From NCBI GenBank assembly GCA_000320545.1, contig ADNK01001636.1:1-64000 (forward strand): a DNA stretch of 64,000 nucleotides, given 5' to 3'. Made by a program: the position numbers and the translations under genes. Below are positions 17,156 through 27,358 of this stretch, one piece after another. The stretch comes from Bigelowiella natans CCMP2755. Lineage: Eukaryota; Protista; Cercozoa. How positions within the stretch are numbered: the stretch's first letter is position 1; every line of letters begins with the position of its first letter. Below the pieces are notes generated by a model, which saw only the letters and a program-made list of their open reading frames with translations, made no database searches and was not told the origin of the DNA.

Positions 17156-17465
17156 CGTGAATGAAGCACCAGGAGGCAGACAATTTATGAGGCCTCATGA
17201 ATCACGGAAAACCATGAGAACTACGTTGAGCGACAAGATTGCTTTTTTTGTCTCTGTGTCTTTTCCCCCATGTTTCACACTTTCGCATCTTATCGGGGTG
17301 AATACCAATTCCGAGGCATCCGAGATGCATTATTGTAGCGGATTCAATACTTGCGACATCGCAAAATGAATGGGAGATCTGTGAGAGACTAGGCGAAATG
17401 CCTCACACCAGGGCAGTGCTTCGTTCGGGTCATTGCATGCAGTGTGCTGATGCACTGATGGTGAA

Positions 17466-17790
17466 TGTTGCGCGTAAGGTGTTCACAGGCCGAGGCGCTA
17501 CGTGCACAAGTAGGCAGGGGGGGGGAAGGCACGTTTGCTTCCTTTTGAAGAGTTATGTTCATTTTTATTAAAGATTATATTTTTATTAAATCGTGCACTG
17601 CGTAATCATTCGCGAAGCTTTCGCGAATGCCGCCGCACGTGGGGCAGCACACTTCCGGTGTGCTGCCATGAGTCCCGCCGGAACCCACGTGCCTATACTG
17701 TATTAATATCTACGTTATCTATATTCTATATCCGCGACAACCCCTTTGTTGTCGCACGTGACTTGTGCTCGCGTAGTAGTACGCGCTACA
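17466..17790 (-). repeat. 3' LTR of the intact Gypsy element
   Basis: 325 bp, TGTTGCGCG...CGCGCTACA, direct repeat of 22855-23180. Confidence 0.97.
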
Positions 17791-17841
17791 CCTCCCCCAA
17801 GTCACGTTGCTCCTTCCTTCCTTCCTTATTCCCTTAGACCT

Positions 17842-20800
17842 TTATCGCTTTCGGAACTTCACCAACCACCAGGTAATAGATTCCTCTCTAACCTTATCTC
17901 CTTTGTCGCTTACCCAGAACTCACCTTCGTCCTTAGGTTCGTGTCCATACCAGCCCTCTGCATCAAGGTCCCCCAGGACCTTATACCAGTGCTCAAAGGG
18001 TAAGTCGGGAACAGCTAGGTAGAGTAGCTGATATTTTCCGTCCTTTATTTTCATAGCTACCCTCTCCATATTTCGTAATCCAGGGTAGCCTAGATAGACA
18101 ATCTTCATGCGCCAATCGTCGTTCACCCTGACCTTATTGTTTCCATATTCCACATCGAACTTAGGTCGGGGTCCTAAACAAGGCATGGCTCGCTCCCACA
18201 CAGTAGGGTTTACTTTAACATCCTCTAGGAGCTTCTCACCGATATCATAATTCTTTAGGTGACTGATGTGGCGCAAGGTGACCCTGTTCCCATCATAGAT
18301 GTAGTACTGCTTCCTCCCCTTCCTCTCGGTAACCTTTGCAACGCCACCCCAGAAGGGGTCTTGTTTATTTCTCGATCTCAGATTTACCTTGGCCCTAACA
18401 TACTGTCCTTCCTTTAGAACTCGGCCATCGTACGGGACCTTCTCGTCTTCGCTCTCGGTATCGTCGTCGTTGTCGTCGCCTTCTTCCCTCTCCTTATCCT
18501 TGATACCTCCCCCAGACGTGAAGGTGTCGTTTACTAACCCTTGTATCTTGTCTGGTGTGGTGCTATTTATCCTGCTTAGGTTGGCCAAGGTGCGGTGGAG
18601 TCGCTCTACCTTGGAGTTGGACTGGGCATAGTATACAGGTGAGGCATCAATATTAGGGTGTGGTAGCTGTAGAAGAGAGGTCTCATTATCCACATGTAAC
18701 TTCTTTGGTATCTTGTTTATGCTAACTTCATCAGGGATAGCCTGGAGCTCAGACTCCCAGGTACGGTAGCAGTTAGTAAGCCTCTGCTTATATAAGCCTT
18801 TGTTCTTCTTAGCAACGTTGACCTTGATAATCTTTTTAACCCAGCACTTTCCAGTGGCCACATCAACGAAGGTAAGGTAGTGATAGCCATCGTACTTATA
18901 AACATCAATTTGCACGATATCTAAGAAGTTCCTTGCTTTGATTTTCTTAGATGCACGGCTCTTGCTGGACTCCTTGGTGGCGACACCTGCCGCCTTCAAG
19001 CTGGAGCACCTGCAGCCACGCAGGTATGTCCTTATCTCTTTTAGCTTGTAGGGCCAGTAGTAATGGTAGAGTAGAGCAGTGATATGGTTTTCTCCTACGT
19101 GTGCAGGTCCATGGGCGGTAAAGAGAAGGGCTCCCCTGGTCCGCCGTGGCACGTAGGTACGCCTAACATTATTAGTGTATACATATATCCTATCACAAAG
19201 TACCTCATGCTTGTGTTTGTATTTATCCAGGTGTTCTTGAAGGTGCTGGAGCTCCTCTGGCTCAGGCAGGAAGTCGCCGTCCTCGAAGGTAATCGCGTTA
19301 ACCATAGGGGTGACCTGGGTAGGGACTTTCTTTTCGAACAGCCTGCTGAAATAGTCAGCAAGCTGCTTGTCTCCTGGTGCGTAGACCACTGTCCTCTTGT
19401 CCCTAAACTCTTCCGTGTCCGCCCTCATAGCTGCATACTCATCGTTAGGCGCTTCGAGCTTGCGGTCGATGCCTAGGAGGGGCTTGTGGTCAGTCATTAA
19501 GGTGAAGCTGGGCACCGACAGCAGGTAGTATCTTAGTTTCCTCTGCGCCTCAGTCATGGCTTTATACTCTCCTTTTGTAGGGCTGTATTTGGCCTCAGCT
19601 GCTGTACAGGCCCTGCCCCACACCCGTATGATCTGCTGGTCTTGGGTAAGTACAGCAGCCATACCTAGCTTAGACCAGTCTGTCCATAGGGTAGCTGGTC
19701 TAGTAGTGTCTAGCTTAGCATTCAATAGGGTGTTGCTGCATAACTTTATTAGGTTATCGAAGTGGGCATCAAGGCCAGCCTTGGCCCACACCTTAGCGAA
19801 GCTGAGGCCTACAGAGTTCTCCTTCCGGTAAGCAGTAGTAAAAGCAGCTGCAGTCCTAGCGTAGGTAGGGGAGAACCTACGTAGTATCCAAGCTGCAGTC
19901 TGCAAGAATGACTTTAACTCCTTTGCATTCTTAGGTTTAGGGGCTTGCTGTAGTGCTGCTACTTTCTCGGGGTTTGGGGTGATGCGGCCTTGCTCCAGGT
20001 AATATCCACACCACTTGATTCTTGTAGCTAGGAATGTACACTTCTGCAGTCTAATGGTAAAACCGAAGTGTGCAAACCTAATAAATATATTTTCCAGGAG
20101 GAAGATCTGAGCGACGACTGTGTTGGTACATATTATGTCATCATCCACATACACAAACACAAACACCCACAACACAGACGCCATCCCATCATGTGTGTAT
20201 GCCCTGTAGTTCTGACTACTGAACGCATCCCCTGATATGCTTAGGCCGTAAGGGAATACGACGAAGTGCCACTTCCTGTGCCTGCTGGAGAACGCGGTAA
20301 TGGGGCGGGAGGTTTTGTGGATGGGTGTCTGCATGTATGATTCATTTTTATCTAGGGAAGAGTAGTATTTGTATCCTATGACGTGTTCAATAACGTCATC
20401 TATCTTTGGTGTAGGTGTCTGGATCCTCTTTATTACTCGGTTGTGGCGGATGAAGTTGTGCGCCAGGCGGAAGAAAGGGTAAGTAGGTTTCTTAGCTAGC
20501 ACATGTCTCACGTTCCATGGTGAGTTGCTTGGCTCTATCTTCCCTTCCTTTGCCCATTCATTGATCTGCCACTCTATCTTTTCCCAGTCCGCTTCCGGTC
20601 GCCTATGTTCTGGGTCATTGATGATGCACTCTTCGTATCCCTTCTTTAGCTCGATCTTTACTGGGGTAAGCTTGCTGGAGGGCTTCGTCGTCGGCTTGGT
20701 GATGTCAGAGTACTTCTCGTTTAATATTTTATTAATGTACTTTTTGCCTTTGTCGACATCCCAATCATCAGCTGGGGGGGTCTTGTCCAGTAGCTCCGTT

Positions 20801-22815
20801 ATCTGTCGGATGGTCTTGCCGGGGTTCTTCTTCCGTAGCTCGGTAGGTGTAGGTAGCTTGTTGTCCGCTAGGTCCATAAACTCTAACGCATTAACGCTTG
20901 ACTCAGAGGTCCACTCGTCAAGCCGTATCATGTTCTGGCTGATGGTCCTGCCTGACTTCTTTGGCAACTTAGCAAAGTATATCTTGTGATTGTAGAATGA
21001 TATGATCCCCCCTAATTTTTCTAGGGCATCCTGTCCGAGGAGTAGTTCCATGGATAAAGTCATGGCTACTCGGGTCTTGATTTGGGTCTCCGCGTCGCTG
21101 CCAGGTATCTGTAGCTTTAGCATTAGCTCACCGACGGTCTTCATGGAAGAGCTTCCGTCTGCTTGAGCATATTTACGTTCTTTCTTAGTCACTTGATCCA
21201 ATAGTCCTAACCTTCTTACTGTGCTTAGGCTTATGAAGGACTTCGGCATGCTGCCACTATCCCAAAGGGCAGGTAGTTTCTTGTAGTCTCCGTAGCTGTC
21301 TTTAACTTTAACCTTGGTCATAGCAACTTTGATAGTCCTGTTAGCGTCTTCGTCATTAATGTTGCATACTCCTAAGTTCTTTATGTCGTCTAGGGTCATG
21401 GGCTTGTCTTGGTCCTGCGTTGCTGGTACTGCTGTCTTCGTCGGCGCCTGCTTAAGGTGATCTAATATTCCGTTTATCTGCTGCTGTATAGCATTGATAC
21501 TGTTCTGCTTTTTGTTCTTATATTTATTGTTCTTCCCGTTGTTGCTGCCTTGCCATTTGCTGTTGTTATATCCTTGTCCTCTGCCTTTCTTTCTCTTTAA
21601 CTTCTCGTAGTGTTCGTTGAGCTGCCTGATCGTCATCCTGGGTCGTCCTTCTTTCCTGTCTCTGCAGTCTTTAGCGGTGTGTTTCCCTTTACGTGAGCAG
21701 TATCCGCAACGTCGGTTACCTTCCCTGTCCTTGTACCAGTCTCGCTGCGGCTTAATAGCGTTAATGTTTCCTATGCCAGGTACCTTAGGGCTGGTAAACT
21801 TGCGGTCCTGCTCCTGCTCGCGTAGGGATATAGCCCGCACTGCTGCCTCCATCGTGGTGTAGCCTTTCTCCGTAACGTAAGTGGATTCCTTTATCTTTAA
21901 CTTGAACTCTTCAAACCTTGCCTGATCATCACCTGTGTTGTAATTAAAATCATGTAGTTCGTCGATCATATCCTGGAAGCGCGTGGCAAAGTCTCTAACA
22001 GGTTCTCTCTCATGCTGCATCATTGCTCTGTATTTTCTAATAGCCTGGGGTAGGGAGTTAGCATCCTGTTCATTTACAAAAGCCTTCATTATCGCCTCAA
22101 CGTCTCGTAGCCCACTAACTGTAGTGTGTATTTTCTCTAGCTGCCTGATCCGGGTCCTGCCTGTCTCGTAAAGGTCCATGGCTTGCTTTATTATAGCTAG
22201 CCATTTGAGCTTGTCGTTTTCGGTGGGGTTAGGGGTAAAGTCGCAGAGTATACTCCTAGCGTTCTTCCACCACCTCCTTGCCTCACCTCTTTTCCCGTTG
22301 TATTTCGTTATCATAACCGGTGCTGTTTTAACAGACATGAACTGGGTGTTCCGCTGTACCGGCTGCTGCTGCTTGACGGTGCTCTGGGTCGTCCCCCGCG
22401 AGGCGCCCAGACCCCCGTCGTTCCTAAACAAAGCTGCCCACTCTGGAGGTAAGTCTGCTTCGTAATCCATGATGTCCTGCATGATAGCTGCCCAAACATC
22501 ATGTGTCTGATACTTGTATTCTATCGATACTTTCAGTTTGGCGTAGTTGCTCGCCCTGGGTCGCAAGGCTCGTAATGCCATTACGACCTTCTTGCTTTCG
22601 GCGGCCACGTCCTCGTCGTCCGCCTCGTAGAAGTTCTCCAGTGCCTCTGCTGCTGCATCTGCTTTCTTAATCCCGGGTGCTGGTCCCGGCGGTGCCTGTG
22701 GAGGTGTTCCTCCTCCTTCCTTAGCGTCCGTATCGCCCTTCCTTTCCTGTTTCTGCTCGTGCCCTTGCACGGCCTGCGAGCCAAAGTCCTGCTGTTCTTC
22801 TAGCTGCTGTGACAT
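17842..22815 (-). CDS. Gypsy Gag-Pol polyprotein (zinc knuckle, protease, RT, RNase H, integrase, C-terminal methyltransferase-like domain)
   Basis: 1657 aa uninterrupted. CGYC...H....C knuckle, WDSGS protease, YVDD RT, TDWS RNase H, H..H/C.C plus QID, HVDN and VERLHR integrase. Domain order PR-RT-RH-IN. Confidence 0.95.
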   Translation of the reverse strand: MSQQLEEQQDFGSQAVQGHEQKQERKGDTDAKEGGGTPPQAPPGPAPGIKKADAAAEALENFYEADDEDVAAESKKVVMALRALRPRASNYAKLKVSIEYKYQTHDVWAAIMQDIMDYEADLPPEWAALFRNDGGLGASRGTTQSTVKQQQPVQRNTQFMSVKTAPVMITKYNGKRGEARRWWKNARSILCDFTPNPTENDKLKWLAIIKQAMDLYETGRTRIRQLEKIHTTVSGLRDVEAIMKAFVNEQDANSLPQAIRKYRAMMQHEREPVRDFATRFQDMIDELHDFNYNTGDDQARFEEFKLKIKESTYVTEKGYTTMEAAVRAISLREQEQDRKFTSPKVPGIGNINAIKPQRDWYKDREGNRRCGYCSRKGKHTAKDCRDRKEGRPRMTIRQLNEHYEKLKRKKGRGQGYNNSKWQGSNNGKNNKYKNKKQNSINAIQQQINGILDHLKQAPTKTAVPATQDQDKPMTLDDIKNLGVCNINDEDANRTIKVAMTKVKVKDSYGDYKKLPALWDSGSMPKSFISLSTVRRLGLLDQVTKKERKYAQADGSSSMKTVGELMLKLQIPGSDAETQIKTRVAMTLSMELLLGQDALEKLGGIISFYNHKIYFAKLPKKSGRTISQNMIRLDEWTSESSVNALEFMDLADNKLPTPTELRKKNPGKTIRQITELLDKTPPADDWDVDKGKKYINKILNEKYSDITKPTTKPSSKLTPVKIELKKGYEECIINDPEHRRPEADWEKIEWQINEWAKEGKIEPSNSPWNVRHVLAKKPTYPFFRLAHNFIRHNRVIKRIQTPTPKIDDVIEHVIGYKYYSSLDKNESYMQTPIHKTSRPITAFSSRHRKWHFVVFPYGLSISGDAFSSQNYRAYTHDGMASVLWVFVFVYVDDDIICTNTVVAQIFLLENIFIRFAHFGFTIRLQKCTFLATRIKWCGYYLEQGRITPNPEKVAALQQAPKPKNAKELKSFLQTAAWILRRFSPTYARTAAAFTTAYRKENSVGLSFAKVWAKAGLDAHFDNLIKLCSNTLLNAKLDTTRPATLWTDWSKLGMAAVLTQDQQIIRVWGRACTAAEAKYSPTKGEYKAMTEAQRKLRYYLLSVPSFTLMTDHKPLLGIDRKLEAPNDEYAAMRADTEEFRDKRTVVYAPGDKQLADYFSRLFEKKVPTQVTPMVNAITFEDGDFLPEPEELQHLQEHLDKYKHKHEVLCDRIYVYTNNVRRTYVPRRTRGALLFTAHGPAHVGENHITALLYHYYWPYKLKEIRTYLRGCRCSSLKAAGVATKESSKSRASKKIKARNFLDIVQIDVYKYDGYHYLTFVDVATGKCWVKKIIKVNVAKKNKGLYKQRLTNCYRTWESELQAIPDEVSINKIPKKLHVDNETSLLQLPHPNIDASPVYYAQSNSKVERLHRTLANLSRINSTTPDKIQGLVNDTFTSGGGIKDKEREEGDDNDDDTESEDEKVPYDGRVLKEGQYVRAKVNLRSRNKQDPFWGGVAKVTERKGRKQYYIYDGNRVTLRHISHLKNYDIGEKLLEDVKVNPTVWERAMPCLGPRPKFDVEYGNNKVRVNDDWRMKIVYLGYPGLRNMERVAMKIKDGKYQLLYLAVPDLPFEHWYKVLGDLDAEGWYGHEPKDEGEFWVSDKGDKVREESITWWLVKFRKR

Positions 22816-22854
22816 TGTTAGTCAAATCGTTTCCCGTGTGTGGAAGCCAAAGGT

Positions 22855-23180
22855 TGTTGCGCGTAAGGTGTTCACAGGCCGAGGCGCTACGTGCACAAGT
22901 AGGCAGGGGGGGGGAAAGGCACGTTTGCTTCCTTTTGAAGAGTTATGTTCATTTTTATTAAAGATTATATTTTTATTAAATCGTGCACTGCGTAATCATT
23001 CGCGAAGCTTTCGCGAATGCCGCCGCACGTGGGGCAGCACACTTCCGGTGTGCTGCCATGAGTCCCGCCGGAACCCACGTGCCTATGCTGTATTAATATC
23101 TACGTTATCTATATTCTATATCCGCGACAACCCCTTTGTTGTCGCACGTGACTTGTGCCCGCGTAGTGGTACGCGCTACA
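22855..23180 (-). repeat. 5' LTR of the intact Gypsy element
   Basis: 326 bp, followed on the minus strand by the PBS (about 22833-22849). Confidence 0.97.
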
Positions 23181-23715
23181 TGCGTCGACCAATCCATGAG
23201 TTCGTTGTGATGGGTGCCCTTTGACGCAGGATGCACACTGGAACACACGCACAGATGGACAGGGGGTTCCAGTGCATCCACAGATTTGTGGATGGAGGCA
23301 CGAGCTTGTTCAAGGTGGCGTCTCGAGTTGCTCAAGTTTGCAAGCTTTGAATGAACCTTCCTCTTCTTTCTGTGTGGATTTGCATCTTTGTTCGCAGGCT
23401 GCTGTTGCACACTCGCTCAACACCAGCGTCAACTCAATCGATCCCTCCCTGCGTCGACCAATCCATCAGTTCGTTGTGACAGGTGTCCTTCAACGCAGGG
23501 TGCACGCTGGAATGCACACACAGATGGACAGGGGGTTGTGCCAGCACACTCATGGATTTGTGGATGGAGGCATGAGCTTGTTCAAGGTGGCGTCTCGAGT
23601 TGCTCAAGTTTGCAAGCTTTGAACGAACCTTCCTCCTCTCGTTGTGTGGATTCACGTCTTCGTTCACAGGCTGCTGCCACACACTCGCTTGCCATCAGCG
23701 TTGACTCAGTCGATC
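23181..23715. repeat. Degenerate tandem duplication with a unit of about 269 bp
   Basis: TGCGTCGACCAATCCAT... begins at both 23181 and 23450. The copies differ at TG/CA positions (GTGATGGG vs GTGACAGG). Confidence 0.85.
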
Positions 23716-24205
23716 TGTCGTGGTCGTCGTCACCAAGCGTTTTCTTGTTGCGCTGATCTCACTCGTTCACCACTGGTCACACCTGGGATGAACGTGAATC
23801 CCTGCCAAGTTTTCTTCTTGCACCCACGTTGGTGGACACACTCTCGCTCGCAATGACACGTTCGTGGATTCAACGATGGACGCAAACGTTGATTCCCGAA
23901 AGATGCATGGAGAGGTCACAGTGGCGTTGTCTGAAAGGTGCAATTTGGACCCAAACCTGGTCAAAGTTGTCCTGCGTTGTGCTGACTTCAAACACCCACC
24001 ACCCACACTGTGCAAATCCTCAGACTTTTGCCACGTTCACAGCATGCTTGACACAAAACCTTTCAAACCATTGAAACCGCAACGCCTTCCGAGTTCTTTT
24101 CAGCTTGTGGTTGCGGGGAAAAACGGAAACAGGGTCCACACCAACCTGTGATCTGTGTGCCAACTGCAACTTCTTGGTTGAACACGATGGCAAGTGTTTT
24201 TTCAT

Positions 24206-25907
24206 TCACGTGTGTTCATGGCGCAATTTGCGCTGAAGTGATTTTGCCATGGCGGATGCAGCGAACGCAAACTTCCACGCGGCAGTTGGCGGCGCGCTCG
24301 ACATCGCACAGAAACCCCATCGCAGCCAGCCAGCACGTTCACTGAATTGTTCGACACTCTGAAAAGCGCGCCAGAAACCGCCAGCGCTGTGACGCGACGC
24401 GGTGGCATTCTGTTCTTCATCACGATGCATGTCGTCATCGCTCTGACCCTTCGTGGTCTTTCGAAGACTGTCCTGCAAACACTCAAGACGTGCGCAGACG
24501 GTCAAGAGCTGGGGAAAACATCGGGAAGTTTCACAGGCGTGTGAACCCAGACGTTCCCATGCCTCCTGCAACGCAGTCAACCACCTGCTCTGCCAACTCG
24601 ACGGACACTGCTGCCTTTGGAGTCAAAGTGAACTGAAACACGTTGCTGATTCGTTCTGGTGGCTTCGCGATGACAGCTGGGTCCCAATTGGTGAACACAC
24701 ACTCACCTTCAGCTTCGGCGCGACAGTCCTTGCAAACAAAATCTCGACCCATGATTGCACCAGTCCGATCAGACAGAATTGCGTTCCTGAACACGCATCG
24801 GTGAGCCTGTGTGTTGGACTTGTTGCAGCGAGGACAACCAAGCCCAACTTTGTCACACTTCGCACTTGGCTTTTCTTTCCGGAGGAGGGCCAGCGGGAAC
24901 CAGTGGATGATGGTGCACCTGCATGACTTTGTTGGGTCGACCTCTTTCTCCAGCCCCAAGTGTGACACATTGACGTCGTCAGGCTCACGTGTGATCGAGT
25001 CAAGTGGGAATTTGTGGTGGTTGTCTCCAATTTTTTTTGTGAACTCTTTTTTCTTCGCTGACACGTGTTCCAATTTCGGTCCACGCAGAGTTGGCGGCAA
25101 GCCAACCAACTTTCGAGCGACGTCATCGAACACGATGACGTGCTCATCCTCTTCAATTTCCAGGCGAGCTTCTTCCTCATCAACAGCTTCGTTCTCATTC
25201 TCGTTTGCAACGAACAAGGAATCATCACCATCTCCTCCACTTCCTGGTTCCCGACGAGGATCACTTGCCTCTTCTTCTTCGGCAATGGCTGAGCTCTCCG
25301 ATTCTGACACGTCCCCAAGGTCAAGTTCAACTCCAGACTCCTCAACCAAAGCATCACTTTGCTGATCAACGTTCAAACAATCGTCATTGCCAGCAGCAGC
25401 ACCACATCGAGGAGCATCGCTGCCACCAAAACGAAAAGCACACATGCCGACCATGCCACTCCGACGTGGAGGCGCAGCCACCGTCCTCCTTCGACGCAGA
25501 TTGTGTCCGTGGCTTGGAGCGACAGCCTGCTTCTGTTTTTTCTCGTGAAGAACTGTGTCAGCGCCCATCGAAATGAACTCACTTGTTGTCTTCAGGTGTG
25601 CCCCGAGCACTTCTCTGTTTGCTGCTTCAGAAGCTGCGACCGCCTGATTTCTGGCACGTGGCTCAAAAATGAGACGTTTGGCACCAATGTTCTTTGAAGA
25701 ATTGGGACCACGCGTGAGAAGCACTTCATTGCTGTGTTTCTTCAGGTGATTTCCCAACCTGTCTGAGAGTGCTGCCACACTTGCGCTGGCAGTGGATGGT
25801 TGAAGCTTCTTCAAATTCTGATCACAATGGAAACGAATGGCAGTCAGTCTTTTCAAAAAAGATGAACATTGAAAAAACATGCAGCCTGAACAACGATGAA
25901 AATGCAC
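24206..25907 (-). pseudogene. Decayed transposon-type protein with a CxxC/CxxC module resembling DUF6729-like domains
   Basis: GCPRC...FRNAILSDRTGAIMGRDFVCKDC...FTNWDPAVIAKPPERISNVFQFTLTPKAAVS. Tyr-free and frame-broken. Family assignment is from motif recall only. Confidence 0.4.
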
Positions 25908-26901
25908 CTGTGTTCACAAGTGTGGTGTGTGGAGAAGACAGTTTGGCAGCAAACGCATCGCACAATGCGAGTGTGAAAAAATGAAATGCATTTTTGATGA
26001 AATTGCAGATGGAGGACTGATTTGTTGACATTTTTTTGCTGCAAACAATCATCATTTCAGTGTCTTTTGTTGACCTTTTTGCCACTGGTTCAGAATTGAG
26101 GCATGGGGGACTCACCTCTGACAACTCTCTTTTCGTCAAGTTCTCGAAGTTGTGTTTCCACTTGCTCCCGATGAGATCACAGTTGGTCGATGACGAGGTG
26201 GCTGCCTAGTGACGCACATGCCATGTGAGGTTGTGTTCATTCATGCATGATCCATGGTGCACATCGAAAGCCATGGAATGCATCGAAAACAACACCTTGG
26301 AAAGGAAACTGCCAATGTTCCCCATTTTGTTTGGGGCCCAGAGTTGCGTCCGGAGCGTCCTCGCATCTCCAGGCGACAAAGCTGATGCGGATCTTTTCTT
26401 GTGATGCCTCGTCATTGTTTCAAGACAATTTTGACCTTGACATTGGTGCATTTTGACGTCAGTTGGGCATTGTTTTGTTGTTTTGCACCTCACAAGTTTG
26501 CAGATTCACAGCATGAGATGACGTCATTCCACGTGAGTTTGCACAAAAAACTTTCACATGGCAAGTTCCTAATTGTGAGACTTCCAAGCAATCAGCCTGC
26601 AGCAGGAGAAAGCAATCATGGCGCCTCACACTGAAAAGGGGGCTACCGGAGGGGGGCAGATGAAACTATGTGGAGAGGAGGAAACAGAAATATTTTTGAC
26701 GACAGAATGTCCATGAATATCGTTGCACTAGCATCTTTTATCGAGTGCGATTGAAGAAGCAAGAGAACGTCTTGGTTGCATTGCTTGAGAGGTTTCTGGG
26801 GTGCAATTCTGCCTGGGAATGCTGGTTGACGATCGATAAACACAGGGGATTTTGGTTCTACGATAAGTCATTACGGCTTAAAAATCCTTCTCATATTTTT
26901 T

Positions 26902-27097
26902 GTTAACTTTAATTGTTCGGGATGGGACTTTAGTTAACTTTAATGGGACTTTAGTTAACTTAAATTGTTCGGGATGGGACTTTAGTTAACTTTAATGGGA
27001 CTTTAGTTAACTTTAATTGTTCGGGATGGGACTTTAGTTAACTTTAATGGGACTTTAGTTAACTTTAATTGTTCGGGATGGGAGTTTAGTTAACTTT
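26902..27097. repeat. 52-bp tandem repeat (about 3.7 copies) upstream of the island gene
   Basis: Unit GTTAACTTTAATTGTTCGGGATGGGACTTTAGTTAACTTTAATGGGACTTTA starts at 26902, 26954, 27006 and 27058. Confidence 0.95.
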
Positions 27098-27358
27098 GGA
27101 GACTAACAGCCCACTTTTTGGCCCATGTTCATAAGACAGTTGCCGAAACAATTCTCCGAATTGTCCGACTACTTTTGAAATGTTTAAATTGCCAGGCGAA
27201 TTACATGTCGAAACATGTGTGTAAAACCAAATGAAAGGTTAAAAACCCGAAATAAAAAAATAAAAAACGAAATAAAGCTTAATTAAAAGTCTGCGCATTG
27301 CTTCACATTGCGTAGTTCACCACTCCCACCTAGAAGGACGACTCTTCTGCTGAAAAGA

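Larger units (their letters stand above)
17466..23180 (-). mobile_element. Intact full-length Ty3/Gypsy LTR retrotransposon
   Basis: TG...CA LTRs at 17466-17790 and 22855-23180, differing by 3 substitutions and 1 indel. PPT (minus strand GACTTGGGGGAGG) abuts 17790. PBS TGGCTTCCACACACGGG lies next to the 5' LTR. Single gag-pol ORF. Confidence 0.97.
23181..26640. other. TpA-depleted hypermutated domain A
   Basis: By eye only about 2 TA dinucleotides in 3.4 kb (CCTAG near 26206, CCTAA near 26569), against dozens per kb in flanking DNA. Confidence 0.93.

Noticed and set aside
22826-22849. tRNA gene (TCGTTTCCCGTGTGTGGAAGCCA looks like a tRNA 3' end)
   Set aside because: Only the 3' end is present and it abuts the LTR, so it is the primer-binding site.
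26902-27097. CRISPR array (also considered for 32170-32270 and 49495-49710)
   Set aside because: Head-to-tail repeats without unique spacers, no cas genes, and a eukaryotic context.
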